From assembly GCF_963921235.1 (NCBI RefSeq), contig NC_086108.1:99388001-99452000 (forward strand): 64,000 nt of DNA, read 5' to 3'. The notes under the pieces were generated by a model. The model did no database searches. It was not told where the DNA came from and saw only the letters and a list, made by a program, of their open reading frames with translations. The stretch comes from Mobula hypostoma (Eukaryota). The translations under genes were made by a program, and so were the position numbers. Positions 35,375 through 48,700 of this stretch are shown piece after piece. How positions within the stretch are numbered: position 1 is the first letter of the stretch; the number at the start of each line of letters is the position of its first letter.

Positions 35375-35805
35375 ATGAGTGTTTGATAGTTTTGGGCCTG
35401 CACTTGCTGGAGTTTAGAAAAATATGGGTGGGTTCTCATTGAAATTTATGGAATAATGAAAGGCTTTATGAGTGAATGCAGAGAGGATGTTTCCTGTAGT
35501 GGGAGAGTCTAGGATCAGAGTGCACAGCCTTAGAATACAACAATATCTCTTTAGAACAGAGATGAGGAGCAACTTCTTCAACCAGAGGGTGATGAATCTG
35601 TGGAATTCATTGCCACAAATTGCTGTGGAGGACAAATCATAGGGGATATTTACAGCAGAGGTTGATAGGTAGTTGGTTGGTAAGGGTGTCAAAGGTTATG
35701 TGGAGAAGAAAGGAGAATGGGTTGAGAAGGAAAATAAACTAGCCATGATTGAATGGTGGAGCAGACTCGTTGGGTCAAATGGCCTAATTCTGCTCCTATG
35801 TCTTA
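35375..35805 (+). mobile_element. CR1 3' end
   Basis: Homologous to 8560-8985, ending 'ctgctcctatgtcttat'. Confidence 0.8.
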
Positions 35806-37441
35806 TAAATGTGCATGGTGGTCCAGGTATGATTTCTCCAAAGACAATTGCAATAAGAATTCCCTCATACTGTAATCTAATTCGATCATTTTAAAGACTA
35901 ACATACTATCTGCCCTCCTCCTGGATTTTGGAATGCATTCTTTACAGGAACAATACCTTTCAAAGTTTTTGCCTTTTGCTGAAGCCAGGTCACAGGAATA
36001 TACAGTATACAGCAAGTTCCTGGATCAGCACTCAGAGGCCTGAACCAGTGAATCCCAATCACAGCAGTGGGGAATGTATATTTAATTAATGAAATATATC
36101 TGGTGTTGGCAATGATGTCCATGATTGGACTGATGTAAAATTCCATAAAGCTCAGTAATGTCCTTCACAGAAATAAATCTGCCATCTTTACCCATTCTAG
36201 ACTAAATGAGAACTCAAAGAAATGTGTTTTGTTTGTTATGTGCTGTGTCGTATGACATAGGTGATCATGGTCTTTCTATGACAATGATTGTACTTGGCAA
36301 TTTTTTCTACAGAAGTGGTTTGTAATTGTCTTTACAGTCGGGTGACCTGAGCCATTATGAAAACTCTTCAGAGGTTGTCTGCTTGACGTCAGTGGTCACA
36401 TAACCAGGACTTGTGAATGGACCAGCTGCTCATATGACCATCCACTGCCTCCTCCCATGGCTTCATGCGACCCTGATCAGGAGGACAAAGCAGGTGCTAC
36501 TCCTTGCCCAAGAGTGAAGTACGGGATAGAGGAGGGAAGCAGCACCTTACACCTCCTTTGCTGGAGATGTATGTTCAAACCCCCAACCAACCCCAAAGAA
36601 ATTATTTTTAAAAAGTCTGGAGGACATCCCCCAACCCTGGCGATTTTCATCCTAAGATGTTTTAAGGGAGGTGGAAATGGAGGTAATCAAAATTCCAGAT
36701 TCAAAAATGGTTCCCTCAAATGGAATGTAGGACATTTCCTAGATGGGGGAGTACAGGACCAGAGGAGATAGCCTCAGAGTATGACATCGCTTTAGAGCAG
36801 AGATGAGCAGAAATTCCTTTGGTCAGAGGGTGGTGAATCTGTGAATTTCATTGCCACAAATGGCTGTGGAGGAAAAGTCACTGGGTGTATTTAAAGTGGA
36901 GGTTGATATATTCTTGATGAGTCAGGGCATCAAAAGTTACAGGGAGTAGGCAGGAGAATGAGGTTGAGAAGGAAACTAAATCAGTTATGATGATATGGTG
37001 GTGCAGACTCAATGTTTTAATGCTGCTCCCATGTCTTGTGGCCATTTGGTCTAAATGAAATCACAGTATTTATACAAAGGAAAGACGTGAAAGTTAGGAA
37101 TCACTGACCAGTTAGTTGAAACCAGCAAGAAGGAAAATTGCTGGAAAGTATGATTATTAAAGTGGTAAAAAGACACTCAGTAAGAATAGGACTGGGCAGA
37201 GATAATGAAGATTTATGAAAACGAAATTATATTAGACAGATCAATTGGATTTTTTTTGCAATTGTAACTGACATAAAAGTGAATTGTGAAACAGTTAGTG
37301 TAGTATACTTGGAATTTCAGAAGGAGTGAAAAGGATAAGGTGCCATACAAGAAGTTTCAAATGAAGTTAGAGGGTATGTAGTTCAGGGTTATATAATGAT
37401 TAAGAATTGATTAATAAATAAAAACAGAGAATAGGAATGAA

Positions 37442-37622
37442 CACAATACACATAAAATGGTGGAGGAACTCAGAAGGCCAGGCAGCATCTACGGAAAAGA
37501 CTACAGTCAACGTTTCGGGCTGTACTCTTCTCCACTGATGCTGCATGGATTGCTGAGTTCTTCCAGCATTTTGTGTGTGTTGCTTCGGATTTCTAACAGC
37601 TGCAGATTTTCCCTTGTTTGTG
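37442..37622. mobile_element. Short fold-back PLE pseudo-LTR insertion in an old CR1
   Basis: Inverted arms plus a tail. Flanks ATAGGAATGAA / ATAGGAACGAA (11-bp TSD, one mismatch). Confidence 0.7.
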
Positions 37623-37944
37623 ATAGGAACGAATGGGCCATTGTCAGGTTGGGGAGCTGTCATTATGAAGAACTGCACGGATAGCAGCTCCAGCTGTTCA
37701 CAATGATTTGTCGGTGTGATCAGATACAATATAGCCAGATCTGTTAATGGTACTAAACTGTGTGAGGTTGGAATGTGAAGAGAATAGAGAGAAAACGTCT
37801 GTTAAATTAAGTGACTGGCCATGGACACGAGTGATGGAAAATGATGTTGGAGAATGTGAGGTCATCCATTTTGGTGCAAAAAGTGAAGAAGTATTTTTAA
37901 AAGGAGTTAAGTTTATATCATAATGATACGAAGGTAAGTAGATA

Positions 37945-38815
37945 GGTGGAGGTGGACTTAGATAGTTTAAGGGAATGGACAAATGAATTAGTGGCAAATG
38001 AAATACAATATAGGAAAAGTATGGTCATGCACTTTGGTGGAAGAAATAAATGGGAAGACTATTATTTAGATGGGGAAAGAATTCAAAATGCAGAGGTGCA
38101 GAGGGACTTGGGAGTCCTTGTGCAGGATACCCTAAAGGTTAACCTTCAGGTTGAGTTGGTGGTGCAGAAGGTGAATACAATGTTGGCATTCATTTCTAGA
38201 GGTATAGAATATAAGAGCAGGGATGTGATGTTAAGGCTCTATAAGGCATTCGTGAGACCACACTTGGAGTATTGTGTGCAGTGTTGGGGTCCTTATTTTA
38301 GAAAGGACGTACTGACGTTGGAGAGGGTTCAGAGAAGATTCACAAGAATGATTCCAGGAATTAAAGGGTTACCATATGAGGAACCTTTGGCAGCTCTTGG
38401 GCTGTATTCCCTGGAGTTTGGGAGAATGAGGGGGGCATCTCATAGAAACATTCCGAATGTTAAAAAGCCTGAACAGATTAGATATGACAAAGTTATTTCC
38501 CATGGTAGGGGAGTCTAGGACAAGAGGGCAGGACATCAGGATTGAAGGATGTACATTTAGAACAGAGATGCAGATAAATTACTTTAATCAGAGGGTGGTA
38601 AATCTGTGGAATTTGTTGCTATGAGCGGCTGTGGAGGCCAAGTCATTGGGTGCATTTAAGTCAGAGATAGATAGGTCCTTGATTAGCCAGGGTATGAGGA
38701 AAAGGCAGGGGAGTGGGAATGACTGGAAGAATCGGATCAGCCCATGAATGAATGGTGGAGCAGACTCAATGAGCCGAATGGTCGACTTCTGCTCCTATAC
38801 CTTATGGTCTTATGG
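37945..38815 (+). mobile_element. CR1 3' fragment
   Basis: ORF 37946-38518 (QRDLGVLV...VRPHLEYCVQ...LERVQRRFTRMIPG) and a (TCTTATGG)n tail. Confidence 0.9.
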
Positions 38816-38961
38816 TCAACTTATGGAGTTGGTGATTAGAGACACCTTGTGTTGGAATCACTGAAATTTAGCATAAAGGGACAGAAATTGATGAAGAAGG
38901 GAAATAGTATGCTGGCTTTTATTATAGAAATATTTGGGTGTAAGAATACAGAAGCTTTCTT

Positions 38962-39217
38962 CAATTACATTGTGCCCGAGTGTAACTACGACTAGAATGT
39001 TGCTTGCCAGTCTGGTCACACCAATCAATTACATTGTGCCCGGGTATAACTATGTCTAGAGTTTTGCTTGCCAGTCTGGTCACACTAACCAATGACATTG
39101 TGCCCGGGTATAACTATGTCTAGAGTTTTACTTGCTAGTCTGATCACACTAACCAATGACATTGTGCCCAGGTGTATCTGTGCCTGGAGTGTTGCTTGCC
39201 ATTCTGGTCACACTAAT
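38962..39217 (+). repeat. 64-bp tandem repeat, 4 copies
   Basis: Units start at 38962, 39026, 39090 and 39154 (caat.acattgtgccc...gccagtctggtcacac). Confidence 0.9.
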
Positions 39218-39282
39218 TTACGAAGGATATTCTGGCAATAAAGGGATTGAAAGAAAAGTTTACCAGGCTGAATTCTAAGATT

Positions 39283-40665
39283 ATGCAGATGCTGGAAATC
39301 CAGAGCAACAGACACAAAATGTTGGAGGAACTCGGCAGGTTAGGCAGCATCTATGGAAATGAATAAATAGTTTATGCTTCGAGTCAAAATCCTTCTTTAG
39401 GACTGGAAAGAAAGGGGGAAGGAGCCAGAATAAGAAGGTGGTGTGAAGGGAAATAGTACAAGTGATAGGTAAAGCCCGGTGGATGGAGGATGGGGATGAA
39501 GTAGGAAGCTAGGCGGTGATTGGTGGAAAAGGAAAAGGGCTGAAGAAAAAGGAATCTGATAGGAGAGTAGTGGGGCCATGGGCGAAAGTAAATAAGGAGG
39601 GGTATGGGGGGAATGTGATAGGCAGACAAGGAAAAGAGAAGAAATAAAGGAGGAGGAGAGGTGCAGAGTGAGGAATTGAAAAGCGGGAGGAGTGAGGGGG
39701 AAATTTTACCGGATGTTGGTGAAATTCATGTTCATGCCATCAGATTGGAGGCTATCCAGACGTAATAGGAGGTGTTGCTCTTTATTGTGGCAGTAGAAGA
39801 GGCCATGGACTGACATATCAGATGGGAATGAGAATGAGAATCAGGTTTAATATCACCGGTGTATGTTGAGAAACTTGTTAAATTAGCGGCAGCAGTACAA
39901 TGCAATACATAATGAATATAGAAAAAAGTAAGTGAATCAATTACAATAAGTATATATGTATATTAAATAGTTAGATTAAAAGTAGTGTAATATCAGAAAA
40001 AAAAGTGAGGTGGTGTTCAATGTCCATTTAGGAATTGGATGGCAAAGGGGATGAAGCTGTTCCTAAATTATTGAGTGTGTGCCTTCAAGCGTCTGTACCT
40101 CTGTCTGACGGTGACAATGAGAAGAGGGCATGTCCTGGGTGATGAGGGTCCTTAATAATGGATGCTGCCTTTCTGAGACACTGCTCCTTGATTTTAGTCT
40201 AATGGGAAATCCTGCTTTTTGCAGATGGAGTGCTGGTGCTCGACTATGTGGTCCCCCAAACCACGTTGGGTCTCACCAATGAAGAAGAGTCTGCACTGGG
40301 CGCCCGGATACAGTAGACGACCCCAACAGGTTCACAGGTGAAGTGTTGTCTCACCTGGCCTCACCCTGTTTAGGGCTCTGAATGGAGATGAGAGAGGTAG
40401 TAAGTAGGCAGGTGCGGCTTGCTGAGAAAAGTGCTAGGAGGGAGTTTTGTAGGAAGGAATGAATGGACAAAGGAGTGATCCTGTGGAAAACAGTGAGTGG
40501 GGGGAGGTAAAGATGTGTTTGCTGGCAGGGTCCTGTTGAAGATAGCAGAAACTGCAGATAATGATGTGTCAGACATGAGGCTGATAGTGAGGACAAGAGG
40601 AACTCTATCCTTGTTAAGGTGGTGGGAAGATAGGGTGAGAACAGAGGTCTGGGAATTGGAGGAGC
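39283..40665 (-). mobile_element. Decayed PLE 3' part (GIY-YIG plus pseudo-LTR), split by a Rex-like 3' fragment at about 39830-40190
   Basis: The reverse complement matches 50950-51965. Confidence 0.7.
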
Positions 40666-41019
40666 TTTCTAAGATGAAGGGTTTCTTACCTGCTAAGCAG
40701 ATTGAGCCTGTACTTTCATAATCATAGAGAATAAGAAGCCATCACTTTGGAACATCCTCAGTTCTTATGGGGATTAACAGGGTAGAGGTAAGGTTAAACT
40801 TACTCCTGGTTGGGATGTCTTGAAACAGGGGACACAGTCTCAAAATAAGGGGTTGCCTTTGGAAAAACAGTTTATCGGAACCAGGTTTATAATCACTAAC
40901 ACAGTATGCTACAAAATTCATTAGTTTTCAGCAGCAGTACGGTGCAAGACATAAAAATTGTTATAAGTTGCAAAAGATGAATAACGAGGTAGTGTTCATG
41001 GGTTCATGGACTATTCAGA

Positions 41020-42565
41020 ATCAAAATCGGAATCATTTTATTACCAACGTGTGAAACATAGCAGAATTGACTATGGTTCAGTACCAAGCATAAAACACAG
41101 GACAACATAATAGCAACCAGCAATTTACAAGACTGTTGTGCAAACAGCCATAAGCAATCAACAGTTAGCAGAATGTCATGCACAAATATCAATAATCAAA
41201 CTTAAATAAATGTGAACATACGAACAGGCTAACTAATTATCAACAGAACAAGGAGAGCAGGAAAGAAATTTAGTGGATGTTATACAGGGACAGTCAGGGT
41301 ATTACACCTGAATGAGTTTTGTTGAGAAGCTGGATACCTACAGGGAAATGACACATAGTTCTGGTGGTGTTAGACTTGTAGCATCTCCCTGATGGCAATT
41401 TGGTGAATAGGTGACTGCTAGTGTGGATAGAGTCAGCAGTAATTTTTTTCACCACTCTGGCAGTGAACAGGTCTTTAAATGTTGGTAGTTGACAGGATAG
41501 TTGTCCACAGGTTGTTGACAAACTTCATCAGGATATGCCCTGGGATGTTAAGTTTCCAAAACTGGCGTAGGAAGAAAAATCTCTGCTGGGCACCTCTCCT
41601 GGTGATGAGAAAAGCATGCTAGGCCCGCTTCAATATATTGGGAATGGTAGTCCCCAGTAGTTTGAATGCCTCGACCACAGACACAGTGAGGTGGGGGCAG
41701 CAGGGGGGTGGTTGTTGGCGGAAGTCAACTCTTATTTCCATTGGTTTGATAACATTGAGCTCCAAGTTGTTATGAATACACCACACTGCAAAACAGTCTA
41801 CTTCTCTTTGACATCATCATTAGAGATGAGACCAACTACAGCTGTGTCATACAAAAAAACTTCAGGATTTTAATGGATTTGTCTGTGGAGGCACAATGAT
41901 TTGTATAATCACTGGAGAACAGAAAAGGTGAAAGAACACAGTCCTGTGGAGAGCCTATGTCTATAGATATTGAAACGGACAGGGAGGAGCCCATCCTTAA
42001 ACACTGCTTCCTTCCTGTCATGAAGTTTGCAACTCGCTGACAGATACTGTCAGTTATTTGGTTTTACTGACATTGAGTGAGAAATTGTTGTGGAACCACT
42101 CAGCCAGATTTTCCATCTTCCTCCTATATGCTGATTTGTCATGCCTTTCGATTCAGCCTATGGCAGTGGTGTCATCAACAAGCATTGGAGCTGTACTTAG
42201 TCACACAGATATACTGTAAGTAGAGCCGGGGTGAAACACACAGACTTGTGGTGCACCTGTGCTGAGAGAGATTGTGAAGGAGATGTTGTTGCCCAACTGT
42301 ATTGAATAGGGTCTGAAAGGAAGGAAATTAAGGATCCAGGTGCACAAGGAGGTATTGAGCCCAAGGTCTTGGAGTTTATTGATTAGCTTTGAGTGGATGA
42401 TAGTATTGAATGCAAAGCTGTAGCCAATGAAGAGCACCTCCTCACTGGCAGTTGAGTGAAGAGCCAACGAAATGGCAACTGCTGTTGATCTGCTGTTGTG
42501 ATGGTAGGATCCAATAGTTGATATGTTTTATCATCAAGCTCTCAAAGCAGTTCATCATAATGATG
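41020..42565 (-). mobile_element. Old Rex1/Babar-like RT fragments
   Basis: GSPQDCVLSPFLFS, STGAPQ.CV, LPSGRCYKS. Confidence 0.6.
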
Positions 42566-42599
42566 ATCTTATAGCAACACACCAAAATGCTGGAGAAAC

Positions 42600-45500
42600 T
42601 CAAGCAGTATTTATAAAAATGCGTAGAATTCGGAATAATGTGGACGAACTCGTGGAGCAATTAGAGATTGGTCGATATGGCATTGTGGGCATCACTGAGA
42701 TGTAGCTGAAAGAAGGCCACATTTGGGAGATTAACATCAAAGGATATACTGTGTATCTAAAGGACAGACAGGAAGGCATAGGCGGTGGTGTGGTTCTCTT
42801 GGTAAAAGGTGGAATTACATCTTTAGGAAGAGGTGACATAGCGTCAGAAAATGGTGCATCTTTGTGGGTGGAGTTAGGAAATTGCAAGGGTAAAAAACCA
42901 TTATGGGAATCATATATGTTAAAGTTTGTCCTGAGCCTTGTGGCCCATCTTATGCTGTTTTCTGTGGCGTGAAGCAACAAGAGTACAAGACTCCCCCTTC
43001 CAGATAAGACGCCAGTCTATCGTGAGGTTAACCCCCAGCATTTTGCCGGTGCCCATTTTCAGCTGGGTGGACTGGAGCAGTGTGTGGTTAAGTGCCTTGC
43101 TCAAGGACACAACACGCTGCCTTGGCCGAGTCTCGAACTCACGACCTTCAGATCGTGAAGCCCAACGCCCTAAGCACTTGGCCACGTGCCACACACAGTA
43201 ATCATATATAGGCCTTCAAATAGTAGCTGAGGTGTGGAGTTGAGATTGCAAAGGGAGATGGAAAATGCATGTAATAAGGGTAATGATACAATTGTAATGG
43301 GAGACTTCAATATGCAAGGGGATGGGGAAAACCAGGTTGGTGTCAGATCGCAAGAGGGGGTATTTGTTGAATGCCTATGAGATGGCTTTTTAGAGCAGCT
43401 TATGCTTGGGCCTACTCAGGGAAACACTCTTAGATTGGGTATTGTGTAACAACCCTGATCTTATTAGGGAGCTTAATATAAAGGACCCCTTAGGAGGCAG
43501 TGATCATATGATTGAATTCATTCTGCAATTTGAAGGGAGAAGCATAAGCCACATGTATCAGTGTATGAAATAAAGGGAATTACAGAGGCACGAGAAAGGA
43601 GCTTGCCCAGGTGGATTGGAGGAGGATTCTGGCGGGGCTGACGGCAGAGATGGCTGAAGTTTCTGGGAATAGTTCACAAGGTGCAGCATGGATACGTCCC
43701 ACAGAGGAAGTTCTCAAATGGCAGAGGCAGGCAACCATGGCTGACAAAGGGAAGTTAAGGACTGCATAAAAGCTAAGGAAAGGGCATATAAGGTAGCAAA
43801 AGAGAGTGGGAAGTTGGATGATTGGGAAGCCCTTAAAATCCAACAAAAGGCAACTAAAAAAGCTATAAGAAGGAAAAGGATGAAATTTGAGGGCACACTA
43901 GCCAATAATATATAAAGCAGGATACCAAAAGTTTTTTTCAGATATATAAAGAGTAAAAGGGAGGTGGGAGTTGATATTGGACCAATGAAAAATGATGCTG
44001 GTGAGGTAGTAAAGGGAGACAAAGAAATGACAGATGAACATGATGGGTACTTTGGATCTGCCTTCACTGTGGAAGACACTAGCAGTGTGCCAGTGGTCGA
44101 TGAGCGTCAGGGAGCATTGAGTGAGGGTCATTGCTACTATAAAGGAAAAAGTGTGAGGCAAACTCAAAGGTCTTAAGGTGGATACATCACCTGGACTAGA
44201 TGGACTACATCCCAGAGTCCCGAGAGAGATTGCTGAAGAGATTACGGATGCATTGGTCATGATCTTTCAAGAATCACTTGACTCTGGCATGGTCCCGGAG
44301 GACTGGAAGATTGTAAATGCCACTCTACTCCTTCAGAAAGGAGGAAAGCAGAAGAAAGGAAATTATAGGCTAGTTAGCCTAACCTCAGTGGTTGGGAAAG
44401 TACTGGAGTCTATTATTGAGGATGAGATTTCGATGTACTTGGAGATTAATGATAAAGTAAGTCAAAGACAGCATGGTTTCTGTAAGGGGAAATATTGGCT
44501 GATAAATCTATTAGAGTTCTTCGAGGAAGTAAGAAGCAGGGTGCGCAAAGGAGAGGCAGTGAATGTCATTTACTTAGATTTCAGAAGGTGGTTGATAAGG
44601 TACCACACATGAGACTACTTAAAAGGATAAAATCCTATGGCGTTACAGGAAAGATACTCGTATGGATAGAGAAATGGCTGATGGGTAGGAGGCAGAGAGT
44701 GGACTGAAAGGGGCCTTTTCTGTTTAGCTGCCAGTGACTAGTGGTGTTCCTCAGGGGTCAGTATTGGGACCGCTGCATTTCACATTGTTTGTCAATGATT
44801 TAGATAATGGAATTGATGACTGTGCGGCAAAGTTTGTGGATGATACAAAGATAGGTGGAAGGGTAGGTGATGCTGAGGAGGCAATGTGATTGCAGCAGGA
44901 AGTGGACAAATTGGAAGAACGGGCAAAAAAGTGGCAGATGGAATATAGTGGTGAAAAATGTATGGTAATACAATCTGGTAAAAGGAACAATAGTGCGGAC
45001 TATTATCTAAATGGGAAGAAGGTTCAAACAGCAGAGGTGCAGAGGAACTGAGAACTCCTGAACTCCTTATGCAAGACTCCCAGTAGGTTAATTTCAGGTT
45101 GAGTCAGGAAAATGCAATGTTGGCATTTATTTCAAGGAGAATAGAATATAAAATTAACGAGATAATGCTGAACCTTTATAAGACATTAGTCAGGCCACAC
45201 TTAGTGTATTGTCAACACTTCTGGGCCCCATATCTCAGAAAGAATGTGTTGTCATTGGAGAGTCTAGAGGAGGTTCACAAGGACGATTCTGGGAATAAAG
45301 TGGTTAATATATGAAGAGCGTTTGGCAGCTTTGGGTCTGTACTCACTGGAATTTAGAAGAATGTGGGGGGGATCTCATTGAAACCTACTGAACGTTGAAA
45401 GGACTAGATAGGGGGGATGTGGAGAGTATGTTTCCTACGGTGGGGATATCTCAAACTAGAGGGCTCAGCCTCAAAATTGAGGGGCAACCCTTTAGAACAG

Positions 45501-45760
45501 ATGCAAGGAGGAATTTTTTTAGCTAGAGAGTATTAAATCTGTGGAATGCTCTGCCACAGACTGTGGTGGAGGCCAAGTCTGTGCGTATATTTAATGCGGA
45601 AGCTGATTGTTTCCTGATCAGTCAGGGTATCAAAGAATATGGCAAGAAGGCAGGTGTATGAGGTTTTATGGGATTCGGCATCAGCCATGGTAGAATGGCG
45701 GTGCAGAGTCGATGGGCTGAATGGTCTACTTCTGCTCCTATGTTTTAAGGTCTTATGGTC
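42600..45760 (+). mobile_element. CR1 LINE, near-full ORF2 (APE plus RT) and 3' UTR, decayed
   Basis: IVGITE, GGGVVLLVK, MGDFN, LGGSDH, SPGLDGLHP, NYRLVSLTSVVGK, SGVPQGSVLGP, FVDDTK, and a tcttatggtct tail. Confidence 0.9.
42918..43199 (-). mobile_element. tRNA-derived SINE (not V-type) inserted into CR1
   Basis: Minus strand: A box TGGCCAAGTGCTTA, B box GAGTTCGAGACTC, central 'tgtgtccttgagcaaggcacttaac'. 10-bp TSD AATCATATAT (42908-42917, 43200-43209). Confidence 0.85.
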
Positions 45761-45762
45761 TA

Positions 45763-48700
45763 GAGGAGAGTAAACAACAGGAGAAAGGGAAGCAGGAGGG
45801 GACCTGGAGGAGGTGATAGGTAGGTGAGAAGAAGTAAGAGGCCAGAATAAGGAGGAAAAGAAGAGGAGAAGGAGAGGGAAACTTTATTTTATCAGAAGAA
45901 GAAATTAATATTCATGCCACCAGGTTGGAGATTACCCGGATGGAATGAGGGTGGCCTCATCGTGGCAGAAGTGGACGCCATGGACCGACATGTCAGAATG
46001 GGAATCAGAATTAAAACATTTGGGGACCGGGAAGTTCCACTTTTGGCGTATGGAGCGGAGGTGTTTGCCAAAGTGGTCCCCCAATTTAGGACAGGGCTTA
46101 CCAGTGTAGAGGAGGCTGCATCAGGAGCACAGGATACAATCGATGACCCCAACAGATTCATAGGTGAAGTGTTGCGTCACCGGAAAGGACTGTATGGGGC
46201 CTTGAATGGAGGTGAATGGACAGGTGGCACAGTTTGGCTGCGTGCAGAGATACGTCCCAGTAGGCAGGTTATTGAGGAGGGATGAATGGACGAGGGAATC
46301 ACTGAGGGAGTGATTCCTGTGGAAAGTGGAGGGGGGCTGGTAAAGATGTGCTTGATGGTAGGATCCCCTTGGAGATGGTAGAGGTTGTGGAGAATGGTGT
46401 GTTCGATCTGGAGGCTCATGGCACTGCAGGTACGGACAAGAGGAACTCTATCACTGTTAAGATGGTGGGAATATGGTGGGAATTTTGGAAGTGGAAGCGA
46501 TACGGTTGAGGATAGCATCAATGGTGGAGGAAGAGAAAGCCTATTCTTTGAGGAAAGAGGAAAGCTACATCCTGGGAACAAATGCAGCGGAGACAAAGGA
46601 ACTGAGAAAAGGGAATAGCATTTTTACAGGGGCCAGCATGGGAAGAGGTACAGCCAAGGTAACTATGAAAATTGGTAGGTTTACAAAAGACGTTGATCAA
46701 CAGTTTGTCTCCAGAAATGGAGACCGAGAGATTGAGGAAGGGGAGGAAGGTGTCAGAAATAGACCATGTGGATGAAAGGACAGGGTGGAAGTTGGAGGCA
46801 AAGCTGATGAAATTTATGAGCACGAAGCAACATCAGTGCAGAGTCAGGGAAGGCCTGGAACATGGACAGTTCTACGCAGCTAATGAAAAGGCAGGCCTTG
46901 CTGGGGCCATGTGGTTCTCATGGCTTCCCCATGAGTCTGGAGAAAGTGGAAGGAGCCGAAGGAAAAATTGTTGAGAGTGAAGGCCAGTTTTGCCAGATGG
47001 AGGAGGGTAGTGGTGGAGAAGAACTGTTTTTTTTATTGAGAGAAAAGAACCTTTAAGGTCTTCTTGATGGGGCATAGATGTGTATAGGGACTGGACATCC
47101 ATGGTGAAAATGAGGCAGTCTGGGCCAGTGAATTGAAAGCTATTGAGGATATCGAGATCATGAGAATTATTGCGGATGTGGGAAGAGATTGAATCAAGGG
47201 GGATATCATGGAGTTGAGGTGTGAGGTCATGAATACAGTGGGGCAGGAGCAGGCAGAGCCAAAAGGTCTATCCAGACAGTCAGGTTTGTGGATCTTGGCT
47301 CGGAGGTAGAAGTGAGCAGTGCGGAGTAAGGGAACTATGTGTTTGGTGGCAGTGGACAGAAGTTCTCCAGAGTTGATGAGGTGAGTCATGGTGTCAGAGA
47401 CAGTTTTCTGATAGTCTGAAGTGGGGTCATCTTCAAGGGGTAGGTATGAGAACGTGTCTGAAAGTTGCTGTCTGGCCTCAACAAGGTAGAGGTCAACCCA
47501 CAACACTACAATGGCACTCCCTTTGTCTGTGGGTTTGATGGTAAAGCTTGAGGTTGGTGCAGAGAAATTGGAGGGAAGTGCATTCAGAGGAGGAGAGAAG
47601 AGTGCTGAAGTTGAGTTGATTGATGTCTTGTTGGTAATTTGAGATGAAAAGATCCAGAGCAGACAGAGAACTAGAGTGGGGTGTCTAAGAAGAGGAGGAG
47701 GGCTGGAGATGGGAGAAGGGATAATCAGTGTTGGGGGGGGGGGGTTGGAATTCTTGCCAAAGAAGTGGTCTCAGAGATGAAGGTGACAGAAGAAGAACTT
47801 GGTGTTGTAATGGGCTCAGAACTCACTGAGGTGCAGGTGAAGGGGAATAAAGGTAAGGCCTTTGCTGAGGACAGAACTTTTCGCTTCAGAGAGGGAAAGC
47901 TTGGAGGGAAGATAGGGCAAGGAATAGAGCTGGGATCAGAGAGGGGTTCGGGGTGGGTGGAAAGAGAGTTGGTGGTGAGAGAGGAGAGGGAGGGTTGGGG
48001 TGTACAGGGAAGGTGGGTTGGGAGGAAGATGGATGAGCTGAGGACCCAAGAGGTGATGGTAAAGCCTGAGAGACCTGGGTTGCGGAGTGGTGGTCAGGTA
48101 AGGGGAACCTGGGGGCCCAGCGGCAGTGAGGAAAGTCTCAGCCTTGAGGTGCTGGTGGTCAAGAACCAGACCAGTGCTGGCGCCAATGGCCACACAACTT
48201 GCAGCCTGAAGAGATCTGGGCCATAGGAACTAGAGTTAGTGGTGGAGGAATCTGGGATCCGGATCTGCTCGGGGCCATTGGAATTAGAGTTGGTGACAAC
48301 TGTGTCACCAGTCCATAGGCAACCAGCGCTGTAGGAGCTGGGGTTGGATTTGTTGAGTCTGGGGGTGTCCAGGACTAGTAGAACTGCATTTGGAGACAGC
48401 AAGATCCGCGGTCTGGAGATGGGCGATCTGATGTTTACTGGATGTAAAAAACTGATGGTTGAAGGCGTGGACCTGGTGGACGATGAAATATTGGAGAGGT
48501 ACATGACAGATGGCGGAGGGAGAGAGGCCCAGAGCTATGGCAGAGACTGAGGCAGGGTCACCAGGTACCTCAGCACAGTAGAGAGAGAGAGGCACATAGA
48601 ATTTGGAGTGAGAAGCCACGGGAGAAACAATCAATTGAGCATAATTACCTGGGATCCTTATTGAGTCCAAACTGAGAGACCTCAAAACGGAGCTGGAAAC

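Noticed and set aside
38962..39217. CRISPR-like array
   Set aside because: The units are contiguous with no unique spacers, the context is eukaryotic, and there are no cas genes.
42918..43199. Genuine tRNA gene
   Set aside because: The tRNA-like head continues into a SINE body and is bounded by a TSD.
47681..48226. 181-aa Gly/Glu/Arg-rich ORF
   Set aside because: It is the antisense reading of the PLE low-complexity linker.
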